DNA of 64,000 nucleotides from Faecalimonas sp. (GCA_045531155.1 JAZSDK010000065.1:4564-68563); one strand, 5' to 3'; shown: positions 1 through 10,397, counted from the stretch's first letter. Notes: a model not told the origin generated them from the sequence alone. Made by a program: numbers and translations.

Positions 1-2
1 TT

Positions 3-1250
3 CGTACAAAATTTGAACGTGATGCAGAAGAGATGCATGGAAATATAGGAATTGGATGTATTTCTGATTATGAACCACAACCATTATTGATTCAATCCCA
101 TTTGGGAAGCTTTGCAATTACAACTGTAGGCAAAATTAATAATTTAAATTCTTTATTAAAGGTTGTATATGCTAATGGACATACACATTTCCAAGAGATG
201 AGCGGTGGACAGATTAATGCAACTGAATTAGTTGCATCCCTAATTTGCAAAAAGAATTCCATTGTTGAAGGAATCCGTTATGTGCAAGGTATTGTTGAGG
301 GTTCCATGTCAATTTTGATAATGACAGATAAAGGAATTTATGCTGCGAGAGACCGATATGGAAGAACTCCGATTGCCATAGGGAAAAAAGGAGAAGGTTA
401 TGGAGTAGCATTTGAAAACTTTGCATTTTCTATGCTGGGTTATGATACATACAAGGAATTAGGTCCTAGTGAGATTGTGTTTATTACACCGGAGAGCGTG
501 GAAACGGTATCCGCACCGAAGAAGGATATGAAAATTTGCTCTTTCTTGTGGGTATATTATGGATATCCAACTTCATCTTATGAAGGCGTAAATGTAGAAG
601 AAATGCGTTGTAAATGTGGTAGCATTATGGCAAAGCGCGATGAAGGAAAGATATCTCCTGATTTGATCGCCGGTGTACCCGATTCTGGTTTGGCACATGC
701 CATTGGATATGCAAATGAATCCGGCATTGCCTATGGACGTCCATTTATCAAATATACACCTACTTGGGCAAGATCCTTTATGCCAACCAGCCAGGCTCAA
801 AGAAATCTGGTTGCTAAGAGAAAATTGGTTCCGGTGCCAAGCTTGATACAGGACAAGAAATTATTGTTGATTGACGATTCTATTGTACGTGGTACACAGC
901 TTCAAGAGACAACAGAATTTTTATACAACAGTGGTGCAAAAGAAGTGCACGTAAGACCGGCCTGCCCGCCACTTGTATATGGATGTAAATATTTGAACTT
1001 TTCACGTTCCAAATCAGAAATGGACTTGATTACACGTCGTGTTATTGCACAATTAGAGGGAGATAACGCGGACAATGTGTTGCATGAATACACCAATCCA
1101 AATAGTGAACGTTATGAAGCAATGGTCGAAGAAATTCGCAAACAGCAGAATTTCACTTCCCTGCGTTTTGTAAGTTTACCGGATTTATTGGAGTCTATTG
1201 GATTAGAGCCATGTAAAGTCTGCACATATTGTTTTAATGGAAAAGAGTAA
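3..1250 (+). CDS. purF: Amidophosphoribosyltransferase, 5' end outside the window
   Basis: Frame is open from the window start (RTKFERDAEEM...); PRPP-binding LLLIDDSIVRGT, GVPDSG, C-terminal CTYCF Fe-S motif. Confidence 0.9.
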   Translation, partial: RTKFERDAEEMHGNIGIGCISDYEPQPLLIQSHLGSFAITTVGKINNLNSLLKVVYANGHTHFQEMSGGQINATELVASLICKKNSIVEGIRYVQGIVEGSMSILIMTDKGIYAARDRYGRTPIAIGKKGEGYGVAFENFAFSMLGYDTYKELGPSEIVFITPESVETVSAPKKDMKICSFLWVYYGYPTSSYEGVNVEEMRCKCGSIMAKRDEGKISPDLIAGVPDSGLAHAIGYANESGIAYGRPFIKYTPTWARSFMPTSQAQRNLVAKRKLVPVPSLIQDKKLLLIDDSIVRGTQLQETTEFLYNSGAKEVHVRPACPPLVYGCKYLNFSRSKSEMDLITRRVIAQLEGDNADNVLHEYTNPNSERYEAMVEEIRKQQNFTSLRFVSLPDLLESIGLEPCKVCTYCFNGKE

Positions 1251-1254
1251 AAAT

Positions 1255-1293
1255 AAGAGCAACTGCGAATTATAGTAATAGCAGTTGCTTTTT
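1255..1293 (+). terminator. Intrinsic terminator after purF
   Basis: aagagcaactgc / gcagttgctttt stem followed by T run. Confidence 0.75.
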
Positions 1294-1310
1294 ATATAGG
1301 GAGGTAAAAT

Positions 1311-2171
1311 ATGGATAAAAAGAAAATAAAAAATATTGCTCTTGATTTGACAGCGGATATCGTTGGAAGTTTTTTGATTGCCATTGGAATATATAATTTT
1401 GCTACCGCATCGGAGTTTCCGGTAACAGGGATTACAGGTATTGCGCAGGTGCTTTATATTTATTTTGGGTTGCCGATTGGTACCATGACTACGATTATAA
1501 ACATTCCGATTATCTTGGCGTGTGTGAAAGTGTTGGGCGTGAAATTTGTAGCGAAGTCTTTGAAAACCTTGCTGATTTCCAACTTCTTTATAGATGTTGT
1601 TGCACCTTTGTTGCCGATATATGAAGGTGATTTAATGCTATCCAGTATCTGTATGGGACTTTTCGCAGGTCTTGGTTATGCCTTGATTTTTATGCGAGAT
1701 TCATCAACCGGAGGTGTTGATTTTATTTCCCTGACCATTCGAGCATTGAAACCGCATATTTCTTTGGGAAGAATCATTGTCATAGTAGATTGTGTGATTC
1801 TATTGGGATGCGGACTTTTGCTGGGCGGAAATGTGGACAAAATCATTTATGGTCTGATAGCAACCTATATTGTATCTGTTGTGGTGGATAAAGTCATGTA
1901 TGGTTTGGATGCCGGAAAGGTAACGCTTATTGTGACGGAAAAGGGATATGATGTGGCAGAAAAAATTCACGAGCTTACAGAACGCGGGGCTACATTGTTA
2001 AAGGCTGTTGGTAGTCACACCAAAACAGATAAACAGGTGGTAATGTGTGCCTGCAGCTACAAACAAATGCATATGGTTCAGAAAGCAGTAAAAGAAGTGG
2101 ATAGTAGCGCATTTCTGGTGATGATGGAAGCTAACCAAGTACGGGGTGAAGGATTTAGGCCACACGAATAA
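1311..2171 (+). CDS. YitT family membrane protein (DUF161/DUF2179)
   Basis: Multiple TM helices, STGGVD motif, C-terminal RGAT...G...VKEVD..AF domain; GGAGG RBS. Confidence 0.85.
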   Translation: MDKKKIKNIALDLTADIVGSFLIAIGIYNFATASEFPVTGITGIAQVLYIYFGLPIGTMTTIINIPIILACVKVLGVKFVAKSLKTLLISNFFIDVVAPLLPIYEGDLMLSSICMGLFAGLGYALIFMRDSSTGGVDFISLTIRALKPHISLGRIIVIVDCVILLGCGLLLGGNVDKIIYGLIATYIVSVVVDKVMYGLDAGKVTLIVTEKGYDVAEKIHELTERGATLLKAVGSHTKTDKQVVMCACSYKQMHMVQKAVKEVDSSAFLVMMEANQVRGEGFRPHE

Positions 2172-2180
2172 TAATTTACA

Positions 2181-2209
2181 TTGCTACTTTAGGACGATAG
2201 TTGTATAAT
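2181..2209 (+). promoter_or_regulatory. Sigma-A type promoter
   Basis: TTGCTA-N17-TATAAT upstream of the 2251 CDS. Confidence 0.6.
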
Positions 2210-2250
2210 GTCATTAACATGGAAAGTTATTAGATGTAGGAGGCATAGTA

Positions 2251-3021
2251 ATGTGGACTAGAGCATTGTTGAAACAGAATGCAAAAACGGCATTTAAGAG
2301 GAATTATTGGATGTGTGTTGCTGTCAGTTTTGTCAGCTTAGTATTAATGGGCGGTTTTAGCTTTGGCAGCAGTAATACATTAACTGTAGCAGAAGAAAAT
2401 CAAAACTTTGATTATAGTATGGAATCCTTGATGGAATATCTGAATCAGGTTCCACCATATTTTTGGACTGTTTTTTGGGCTGCTATTGCAGTAGGACTTG
2501 TTGTGGGTATTTGTTTTTCTATCTTATTCACAAACCTTGTGCAAGTGGGATGTAATAGATATTTCTTGGAAAATAGAGAACATAAGACAGGTATGGGTCA
2601 GTTGTTTTATAGCTTCCAGGGCGGTAGATATGGAGCTACTGTATGGGTGATGTTTTTAAGAACTTTATACATTTTCGGATGGAGCCTTTTGTTCCTTATT
2701 CCTGGAATTGTAAAATCCTATTCCTATATGCTAGTGCCGTATATCATGGCTGAGAACCCGACTTTGGATCACAAACGGGTATTTCAGCTTAGCAAGGAAA
2801 TGATGGATGGACATAAGATGGAAGCGTTTGTGTTGGGATGGTCATTCTTAGGCTGGATTCTGCTGTCTGTTTTCACATCAGGTATTATAAATATTTTATA
2901 TGTTAATCCGTATATGCAGGCTACATATGCGGAGTTCTATTCAGCAGTTAAGGCAGAGGCTCGAATGAAAGGGATTGTGCAGGCAGGTGAGCTTCCTACC
3001 ATGCTGGTTCCGGAGGAATAG
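2251..3021 (+). CDS. DUF975 family membrane protein
   Basis: WSLLFLIPGIVKSYSY...YIMAENP...S..MM.GHK...F.L..SF.GW pattern. Confidence 0.85.
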   Translation: MWTRALLKQNAKTAFKRNYWMCVAVSFVSLVLMGGFSFGSSNTLTVAEENQNFDYSMESLMEYLNQVPPYFWTVFWAAIAVGLVVGICFSILFTNLVQVGCNRYFLENREHKTGMGQLFYSFQGGRYGATVWVMFLRTLYIFGWSLLFLIPGIVKSYSYMLVPYIMAENPTLDHKRVFQLSKEMMDGHKMEAFVLGWSFLGWILLSVFTSGIINILYVNPYMQATYAEFYSAVKAEARMKGIVQAGELPTMLVPEE

Positions 3022-3023
3022 GC

Positions 3024-3254
3024 ATGCGAGAAGAATTGTTTAAAATGGAACGAAAAGGTCTGGTATCGGAAGGACAGCAGGTAAATATAACAGAAAGAGT
3101 GAATGGAAGCTTGTATAGTTATCTGGTTGAGCCATCGGTTGCGATGTCCGGAATATATCGCAGTAACCAGAGGATTAAATCTGACAAGGGTATTATTAAT
3201 GAAATCCGCGAGACGGAGAGAGGGTTTTATCTAGTGGTAGGATTTGATGAGTAA
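3024..3254 (+). CDS. Small hypothetical protein
   Basis: 76-aa ORF directly after the DUF975 gene, GGAGG RBS, followed by a terminator. Confidence 0.65.
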   Translation: MREELFKMERKGLVSEGQQVNITERVNGSLYSYLVEPSVAMSGIYRSNQRIKSDKGIINEIRETERGFYLVVGFDE

Positions 3255-3260
3255 ATATTA

Positions 3261-3704
3261 GAGAAGATGTGTTTTTGCACATCTTTTTCTTATGCAAGCA
3301 TTTGTAAGGAACTTAGTGTTTCTTAGATGCCATTTCACAAAAAGTCACTTATAAAAAGCATGTTTGAGCAGACCAGGTTCTTAGCGATATTATGTAATCG
3401 TCAACAAGGTGAAAGATTCCAGAAAGACTAAGCAACTGCGTTCAGAGATGTGATTATGATAGCGCGTCAAAAACTCACAAGTTCAGACAATTTGCCGCGC
3501 TATCACATTTTCTAAACTGCAGTTGCAAGGCTTTCTACAGAATCTTTCAATGTTATCTCATACATAATATCGCATAAGAACAATGAGCTGAGAGTTTGCT
3601 TTTTATATGTGTAATAGCTTCTGTGAAATGGGCACTTTAGAAACTCTTGTTTCTGAAAGTCTGCTCGCAAAAGAAAAAGATGTAGCAAAACGCTACATCT
3701 TCTC
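3261..3704. repeat. 444-bp imperfect palindrome (fold-back element) with terminator hairpins at both ends
   Basis: Left arm 3261-~3472 aligns along its whole length with the reverse complement of ~3491-3704, e.g. acatctttttctt/aagaaaaagatgt, ccatttcaca/tgtgaaatgg, gcgatattatgta/tacataatatcgc, tgaaagattc/gaatctttca, tgatagcgcg/cgcgctatca. Confidence 0.92.
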
Positions 3705-3713
3705 CTTTGTTAA

Positions 3714-4385
3714 TTAAAGTTTGATATTCTTGAATAAATCCCCAAGGCTTGTTCCAATGTTCTCTGCTTTTGGAATCACAACCTTTTCTACAACTTCTTC
3801 TTCCTTCTTTTCAATGAGAGCCTTCATGCTCAAACTGATTTTGCTATCTTTTACGCCGATTACCTTCACATTCACACTTTGTCCAACTTCCAATACATCG
3901 GCAGGAGTTTTGATACGTTTGTCAGAAATCTGAGAAACGTGAACCAATCCAGAAAGTCCATTTCCTAAATCAATAAATGCGCCATAGTTTTGAAGAGTTT
4001 CAACAGTACCTGTCATTACACTTCCAACTTCTACGCTTGCGATTAAAGCAACTTTTTCTGCTTTCGCCTTTGCTTTCAATAATTCTTTTGCAGATAGGAT
4101 TAAGCGGTTATCTGCCTGAGAAGCTTCAATTATTTGAACTTCAATCTCTTGATTCAAGAAATCTTCTAAATTCTCCACATAAGATAATGATAATTGCGAT
4201 GCTGGGATAAATCCGCGGATTCCTTCAACCATTGCAATTACGCCGCCATTTACAACACCTTCTATTTTTACAGTAAGAACTGTTTTGTTTTCCAGATAGT
4301 CGGCTACCACGTTCCATGGATTAGCGTCATCGAAATGTTCTTCCAAATCAGCCATTGTTTCGTTTTGTAATAATTCTTCGCTCAT
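3714..4385 (-). CDS. S1 RNA-binding domain protein (two S1 domains, RpsA-like)
   Basis: GIRGFIPASQLS and YGAFIDLG..SGLVHVSQIS S1 repeats. Confidence 0.85.
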   Translation of the reverse strand: MSEELLQNETMADLEEHFDDANPWNVVADYLENKTVLTVKIEGVVNGGVIAMVEGIRGFIPASQLSLSYVENLEDFLNQEIEVQIIEASQADNRLILSAKELLKAKAKAEKVALIASVEVGSVMTGTVETLQNYGAFIDLGNGLSGLVHVSQISDKRIKTPADVLEVGQSVNVKVIGVKDSKISLSMKALIEKKEEEVVEKVVIPKAENIGTSLGDLFKNIKL

Positions 4386-4521
4386 GTTTTATACCTCGTA
4401 ACTTTCCTAAGATGAAAACATTATATCATATTTTCCAAAATAGAAAATAGAAATATATGAAAATATTTGACAAACTGGCTGAAAAATGGCAACCTATAAT
4501 TATGAAAAGCGAGGTAACACT

Positions 4522-6180
4522 ATGGAAAATATAGAAAAGAGAAAAGTTTATGTAGTTGGTCACAAGAATCCGGATACAGATTCCATCTGTTCTGCAATTG
4601 CATATGCGGCTTTAAAGCAACAGATTGCAGCGGAAGATGAGAATAACTATTTCCCGATGCGTGCCGGTATGCTCAATGAAGAGACCCAGTATGTTCTTAA
4701 GCGTTTTGGAGTAGAAGAACCTAGAATCTTGGCAAATGTACATTTGCGTGTGCAGGACGTGGACGTCAATCGTATGCCGGGGATTAATAGCCATACATCC
4801 ATCAAGGATGCTTGGGCGATGATGAAAGAACGCAATGTCTATACGCTGGCAGTGACGAATGAGGAAGAATTAGAGGGTGTTATTACAACTAGTGATATTG
4901 CTACATCTTATATGGATGTGTATGACAGTCGAATTATGGCAGCGGCAAGAACTCAGTATCAGAATATTGCAAATACGTTGGACGGTGAGATAGTCAATGG
5001 TAATCCACATGCCTATTTCGTTAAGGGAAAGGTGACTGTGGCGGCTTCCAGTCCTGAGATGATGGAAACATACATAGAAAAAGATGACTTGGTGGTTCTG
5101 GGAAACCGTTATGAGTCTCAGCTCTGTGCGGTAGAATTAGATGCAAGCTGTCTGGTTATATGTCAGGGAGCGCAGGTTTCTAAGACCATTTTAAAACTTG
5201 CACAGGAGAGGGATATTGTAATTATTACAACCCCGCATGATACATTTACGGTATCCAGATTAATTAACCAGAGTATTCCTGTAAGGCACTTTATGGAGAA
5301 GGATGGCCTTACTATATTTAATACCACAGATTACGTGGAAAATATCAAAGATGTCATGGCAAAGAAACGTGCACGAGACTTTGCAGTTATTGATAAGGAA
5401 GGAAAGTTCTATGGTTTCATATCAAGTCGTCGTTTGATGGATGCCCGTAACAGACGCGTGATTATGGTTGACCATAACGAAAAGACACAAGCGGTAGATG
5501 GAATTGAAGAAGCAGAGATTTTGGAGATTATCGACCATCATAGACTGGGAAGCCTTGAGACAGTGGGACCTGTTTATTTTAGAAATCAACCGGTAGGTTG
5601 TACGGCAACCATTATTTATGATATGTATAAGGAAAATGGAGTTGTGCCGGATAAGACCATTGCAGGACTCCTTTGTTCAGCGATTATATCCGATACTTTA
5701 TTGTTCCGTTCGCCGACATGTACATGGCTTGACCGTGCGGCGGGAGAAGAACTGGCCAAAATTGCAGAGCTTGATATGGAAGAACTTGCACAGAACATGT
5801 TCCAAGCTGGAAGTAATCTAAAGGGCAAGACGGCAGAAGAAATCTGTTTCCAAGACTTTAAAGATTTTACAGTCAGTGATGTGAAATTTGGAGTTGGACA
5901 GGTGAATTCCATGAATGCAGAGGAACTGCAGGAGATTAAGGAGAGTGTGCTTCCTTATTTGGGACAGTTGGCAAATACGAAAAGACTTGACATGGTATTT
6001 TTCATGCTGACAAATATAGTGGAAGAAGTGACAGAATTGCTGTGTTATGGTAAAGGTGCAAAAGAACAGGTGCTTGAAGCATTTGACCTTCCGGCTGACA
6101 CAGAAGATATATTGTTGGAAGGTGTTGTTTCCCGTAAGAAACAGTTGATTCCGGCATTTGTGATTTCATTGCAACAATAG
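4522..6180 (+). CDS. ppaC: Manganese-dependent inorganic pyrophosphatase with CBS-DRTGG-CBS insert
   Basis: GHKNPDTDS, VDHNE, IDHH, SDTL, GVVSRKKQ motifs; ATG at 4522 behind GAGGT. Confidence 0.9.
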   Translation: MENIEKRKVYVVGHKNPDTDSICSAIAYAALKQQIAAEDENNYFPMRAGMLNEETQYVLKRFGVEEPRILANVHLRVQDVDVNRMPGINSHTSIKDAWAMMKERNVYTLAVTNEEELEGVITTSDIATSYMDVYDSRIMAAARTQYQNIANTLDGEIVNGNPHAYFVKGKVTVAASSPEMMETYIEKDDLVVLGNRYESQLCAVELDASCLVICQGAQVSKTILKLAQERDIVIITTPHDTFTVSRLINQSIPVRHFMEKDGLTIFNTTDYVENIKDVMAKKRARDFAVIDKEGKFYGFISSRRLMDARNRRVIMVDHNEKTQAVDGIEEAEILEIIDHHRLGSLETVGPVYFRNQPVGCTATIIYDMYKENGVVPDKTIAGLLCSAIISDTLLFRSPTCTWLDRAAGEELAKIAELDMEELAQNMFQAGSNLKGKTAEEICFQDFKDFTVSDVKFGVGQVNSMNAEELQEIKESVLPYLGQLANTKRLDMVFFMLTNIVEEVTELLCYGKGAKEQVLEAFDLPADTEDILLEGVVSRKKQLIPAFVISLQQ

Positions 6181-6188
6181 GAGGACTT

Positions 6189-6758
6189 ATGGCAAAACAA
6201 ATTTGGAAACCGGGAAACATGGTTTATCCACTTCCTGCCGTTATGGTAAGTGTAGGGACGGAAAGTGGAGAAACGAACATTATTACCATTGCATGGACAG
6301 GAACCATTTGTACGAATCCAGCCATGTTATACATTTCAGTGAGACCTGAGAGACATTCTTACCAGATGATTAAGGAGTCGGGAGAGTTTGTGGTGAACTT
6401 GACGACAGAGGCGCTTGTAAAAGCAACGGATTTTTGTGGAGTTCGTTCGGGAAAAGATGTGGATAAGTGGAAGGAAACGGGACTTACCCGTGGAAAAGCC
6501 AATGCATTATTTTATGCCCCGATTATTGAGGAGTGTCCGGTGAATATCGAGTGTAAGGTGACTGAAGTGAAGGAACTTGGAAGTCATGATATGTTTATTG
6601 CAGAGGTTGTTTCGGTACAAGTGAGTGAAGAGTACTTGAATGAGATCGGAAAGTTCTGTTTGAATGACACAGGACTTATGGCGTATTCACATGGAACTTA
6701 TGTGAGCCTTGGAGAAGAGTTGGGTACCTTTGGATACAGTGTAAAGAAAAAGAAATAG
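6189..6758 (+). CDS. Flavin reductase family protein
   Basis: PLPAVMVS, NIITIAW, GEFVVN, CPVNIEC, GSHDMFIAEV. Confidence 0.85.
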   Translation: MAKQIWKPGNMVYPLPAVMVSVGTESGETNIITIAWTGTICTNPAMLYISVRPERHSYQMIKESGEFVVNLTTEALVKATDFCGVRSGKDVDKWKETGLTRGKANALFYAPIIEECPVNIECKVTEVKELGSHDMFIAEVVSVQVSEEYLNEIGKFCLNDTGLMAYSHGTYVSLGEELGTFGYSVKKKK

Positions 6759-6768
6759 TAGAAAAGAT

Positions 6769-6812
6769 AAGGAACTTTCCGTTTTATATCAACGCGAAAG
6801 TTCCTTGTTTTT
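6769..6812. terminator. Probable terminator between convergent genes
   Basis: aaggaactttc / gaaagttcctt stem followed by T run. Confidence 0.7.
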
Positions 6813-8176
6813 TAGTTGGCGAGCGGTTTTACCTTGTTCTTTATAATGTGTTTCAATAAGAAAATACATATAATAACCGAAAATACTTCGGCGATTGGAT
6901 ATGCAAACCATACCATATTTAATCCGAACAGTTTTGCAAAAACAAACGCAACCGGAAGGATAATCACAATCTGTCTAGCCATGGACAGCAACATGCTGTA
7001 AACTCCATTTCCAAGTGCCTGGAATACACAGCTTGAGACAATACAAAATCCTGCGAAGACGAAGCTTAGGCTAATGGTTTGAAGGGCAGGAACACCAATT
7101 TCAAGCATATGGTCAGATGCTTCGAATAATCCCAACAATGTTTTCGGGAATAACTGGAATATTACAACTCCAACAAGCATGATGCTCACTGCAATCATTG
7201 CGCTAAGCTTAATTGTTTGATAAATACGTTTCTTATTCTGAGCTCCATAGTTGTAGGCAACAATCGGAATCATACCATTTGTTAAACCAAACACAGGCAT
7301 AAATACAAAGCTTTGTAATTTAAAGTACACACCGAATACCGTTGCAGCAGTTGAGGAAAACATCAACAGGATGTTGTTCAAACCAAAGGTTGTAAGGGAA
7401 CCGATGGACTGCATGATAATCGATGGAACACCGATTTTATAAATGTTACCGATGGCTTCTTTGCATGGCTTAAAGCCTTTGAAGCTGACATGAATTTCCT
7501 TGTTAAATTTATGGTTAAAGTAGAGGCCAAGTATTGCAGCAAAAATTTGCCCAATGACAGTTGCCACAGCAGCACCGGTTACACCCATGGCCGGAAGTCC
7601 GAACCAACCAAAGATTAAGATTGGGTCAAGAATGATGTTGATAATGGCCCCAATTCCTTGCGTAATCATGTTGAAAATAGTCTTACCAGTTGACTGCAAT
7701 AAACGTTCAAATGTTATTTGCAAGAAAATACCAAACGAAAAGATGGTAATTATAGACATATATTGTGTTCCGTACTCAATGATTTGCGCATCCTTTGTCT
7801 GAATCTCAAAAAACAATCTGGAGCCTAAAAGTCCTAAGATGGCAAAGACAAGGCTGCTTAGGATACCTAATAAAATACCGTTCTTGGCAATGGTGTTGGC
7901 TGTTTCATATTTCTTTTCTCCAAGACTTTTTGAGAGCAGGGCATTGATACCGACACCGGTACCTGCAGCAACTGCAATCATTAGGTTCTGTATAGGGAAA
8001 GCCAGTGAAACGGCTGTTAATGCATTTTCATTTAGTTGTGCCACGAACATACTGTCCACAACGTTGTATAAAGCCTGTACCAACATGGACATAATCATTG
8101 GTAGGGACATGGTAATCAATAATTTTGGAATCGGCATAACGCCCATTTTATTTTCTTGTCTTAATGAATCTGACAT
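6812..8176 (-). CDS. MATE family efflux transporter
   Basis: LYNVVDSMFV, NIILDPILIFG...MGVTGAAVAT, about 12 TM helices; start at 8176 behind AGGAGG. Confidence 0.9.
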   Translation of the reverse strand: MSDSLRQENKMGVMPIPKLLITMSLPMIMSMLVQALYNVVDSMFVAQLNENALTAVSLAFPIQNLMIAVAAGTGVGINALLSKSLGEKKYETANTIAKNGILLGILSSLVFAILGLLGSRLFFEIQTKDAQIIEYGTQYMSIITIFSFGIFLQITFERLLQSTGKTIFNMITQGIGAIINIILDPILIFGWFGLPAMGVTGAAVATVIGQIFAAILGLYFNHKFNKEIHVSFKGFKPCKEAIGNIYKIGVPSIIMQSIGSLTTFGLNNILLMFSSTAATVFGVYFKLQSFVFMPVFGLTNGMIPIVAYNYGAQNKKRIYQTIKLSAMIAVSIMLVGVVIFQLFPKTLLGLFEASDHMLEIGVPALQTISLSFVFAGFCIVSSCVFQALGNGVYSMLLSMARQIVIILPVAFVFAKLFGLNMVWFAYPIAEVFSVIICIFLLKHIIKNKVKPLAN

Positions 8177-8308
8177 ATTCTTCCTCCTTTTCGCGTACTT
8201 GACTATTCTAACACCGATAAAAAATATATGCAATAAAAAGTAGTGACGAAAATGTGGGAAAATGTTATTATTATGAAGTAAGAGAAAGCGCAAGAAAGAG
8301 GAAGATAG

Positions 8309-9028
8309 ATGATACACGAATTTTCCAGAACAGAATTGTTAATAGGAGAAGAAGGACTAAAACGCCTTGCAAATGCTACCGTTATGGTTCTTGGTGTGGG
8401 AGGCGTTGGTTCTCATTGCATCGAAGCGTTGGCAAGAAGCGGAGTTGGGACTTTAATTCTGGTGGATAATGATAAGGTGAGCCGAACCAATATTAACCGT
8501 CAATCCATTGCATATTTAAGTACTGTCGGTGATTATAAAACCAAATTAATGAAAGACAGAATTGACGATATCTGTCCGAGTATTAACGTATTTACTTATG
8601 AAACATTTATCTTACCGGATAATCTCAACGAAATTTTTGAGAGAAAAGTAGATTATATTGTGGATGCAATCGATACCGTAACTGCAAAATTAGCTGTTGC
8701 AGAGTATGCCAAAGAGCATCAGATTCCACTCATTAGTTGTATGGGCACGGGGAATAAGCTACATCCGGAACTATTTGAGATTACGGATATTTCGAAAACC
8801 TCTGTTTGTCCGCTTTGTAAGGTGATGCGCAAGGAATTAAAAGAGCGAGGCATCCACCATCTGAAAGTGCTATATTCTAAAGAAAAGCCGGTTGATACGT
8901 CGGCCCGTTCTACAGGAGAAGATAAAGGAATGAGAAGGTCCCTTCCGGGAAGCATTTCATTTGTACCACCAGTAGCAGGACTCTTGATTGCTGGTGAAGT
9001 GATTCGCGAAATCGCGGGAGTGGAATAG
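8309..9028 (+). CDS. tcdA: tRNA threonylcarbamoyladenosine dehydratase (ThiF family)
   Basis: GVGGVGS, TNINRQ, DAIDT, CPLCKVMR, GSISFVP. Confidence 0.85.
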   Translation: MIHEFSRTELLIGEEGLKRLANATVMVLGVGGVGSHCIEALARSGVGTLILVDNDKVSRTNINRQSIAYLSTVGDYKTKLMKDRIDDICPSINVFTYETFILPDNLNEIFERKVDYIVDAIDTVTAKLAVAEYAKEHQIPLISCMGTGNKLHPELFEITDISKTSVCPLCKVMRKELKERGIHHLKVLYSKEKPVDTSARSTGEDKGMRRSLPGSISFVPPVAGLLIAGEVIREIAGVE

Positions 9029-9037
9029 GAGAAAGAC

Positions 9038-10360
9038 ATGGATTTGTTTGATTATGTAAGAGAGCAGAAAAGTGATAAAGAATCGCCGTTGGCATCAAGA
9101 CTTCGTCCGACAACATTGGACGAGGTGGTGGGACAACAGCATATTATAGGGAAAGATAAACTGCTGTATCGCGCAATTAAGGCGGACAAGCTTGGGTCCC
9201 TTATTTTCTATGGTCCTCCAGGGACAGGAAAAACCACCCTTGCCAAGGTGATTGCGAATACGACAAGTGCTGTTTTTAAGCAGATTAATGCAACCATAGC
9301 CGGGAAAAAGGATATGGAAGAAGTCGTGCACCAGGCGAAGAACAACATGGGTATGTACGGGAAGAAAACCATTCTTTTTGTAGATGAGATTCATCGTTTT
9401 AATAAAGGGCAGCAAGATTATCTGCTTCCGTTTGTGGAAGATGGAACCTTGATTCTGATTGGTGCAACGACAGAGAACCCATACTTTGAGGTAAATAGCG
9501 CATTGATATCCCGCTCCAGCGTATTTGAACTGAAATCGCTGGATAAGGAAGATATAAAAGTTTTGTTGAAACGTGCAGTATATGATGTGGAAAAGGGTAT
9601 GGGAAGCTATGGCGCAGAGATTACAGAGGAAGCCTTGGAGTTCCTTGCTGATATTTCCGGCGGTGATGCCAGAAATGCGTTGAATGCGATCGAGCTTGGC
9701 GCTCTCACCACAGAGCGCAGCGAGGATGGAAAGATACATATTACTATAGATGTGGCACAGGAATGTATTCAAAAGCGTGTGGTTCGCTATGATAAGACGG
9801 GGGATAACCATTACGATACTATTTCTGCATTTATTAAGAGCCTTCGTGGTTCAGACCCGGATGCGGCAGTTTACTATCTTGCAAAAATGTTATATGCCGG
9901 TGAAGATATCAAATTCATTGCAAGAAGAATGATGATTAGCGCATCCGAGGATGTGGGAAATGCAGATCCAAATGCTTTGGCTGTGGCAGTAGCGGCAAGT
10001 CAGGCTGTAGAGCGAATCGGGATGCCGGAAGCGCGCATTATTTTGTCGCAAGCTGCAACCTATATTGCCAGTGCACCAAAAAGCAATGCAGCATACCTGT
10101 CAATAGATGCCGCGTTAGAGAGTGTAAGAACTCAGAAAACAACAGTTCCGGTACATTTGCAGGATGCACATTATAAAGGGGCAGCAAAATTAGGACATGG
10201 AACGGGATATAAGTATGCCCATGATTATCCGGAGCATTATGTGAAACAGCAGTATCTGCCGGATGAGATTAGGGATGTGAAGTTCTATGAGCCCACGGAG
10301 ATTGGCTATGAGAAGAATATAAAAGACAGATTGGAGAGATTAAGAAAGATTCCGTCTTGA
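9038..10360 (+). CDS. rarA: Replication-associated recombination protein A (RarA/MgsA)
   Basis: GPPGTGKTT, DEIHRFNK.QQD, GATTENP, SAFIKS.RGSDPDAA. Confidence 0.93.
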   Translation: MDLFDYVREQKSDKESPLASRLRPTTLDEVVGQQHIIGKDKLLYRAIKADKLGSLIFYGPPGTGKTTLAKVIANTTSAVFKQINATIAGKKDMEEVVHQAKNNMGMYGKKTILFVDEIHRFNKGQQDYLLPFVEDGTLILIGATTENPYFEVNSALISRSSVFELKSLDKEDIKVLLKRAVYDVEKGMGSYGAEITEEALEFLADISGGDARNALNAIELGALTTERSEDGKIHITIDVAQECIQKRVVRYDKTGDNHYDTISAFIKSLRGSDPDAAVYYLAKMLYAGEDIKFIARRMMISASEDVGNADPNALAVAVAASQAVERIGMPEARIILSQAATYIASAPKSNAAYLSIDAALESVRTQKTTVPVHLQDAHYKGAAKLGHGTGYKYAHDYPEHYVKQQYLPDEIRDVKFYEPTEIGYEKNIKDRLERLRKIPS

Positions 10361-10397
10361 CGGAATCTCGCGCGAGGTGCGATTCAAAAATGGCGAA

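Noticed and set aside
9095-9811. 238-aa antisense ORF
   Set aside because: Shadow of rarA. The other antisense ORFs inside polC, pcrA and the ABC genes were rejected for the same reason.
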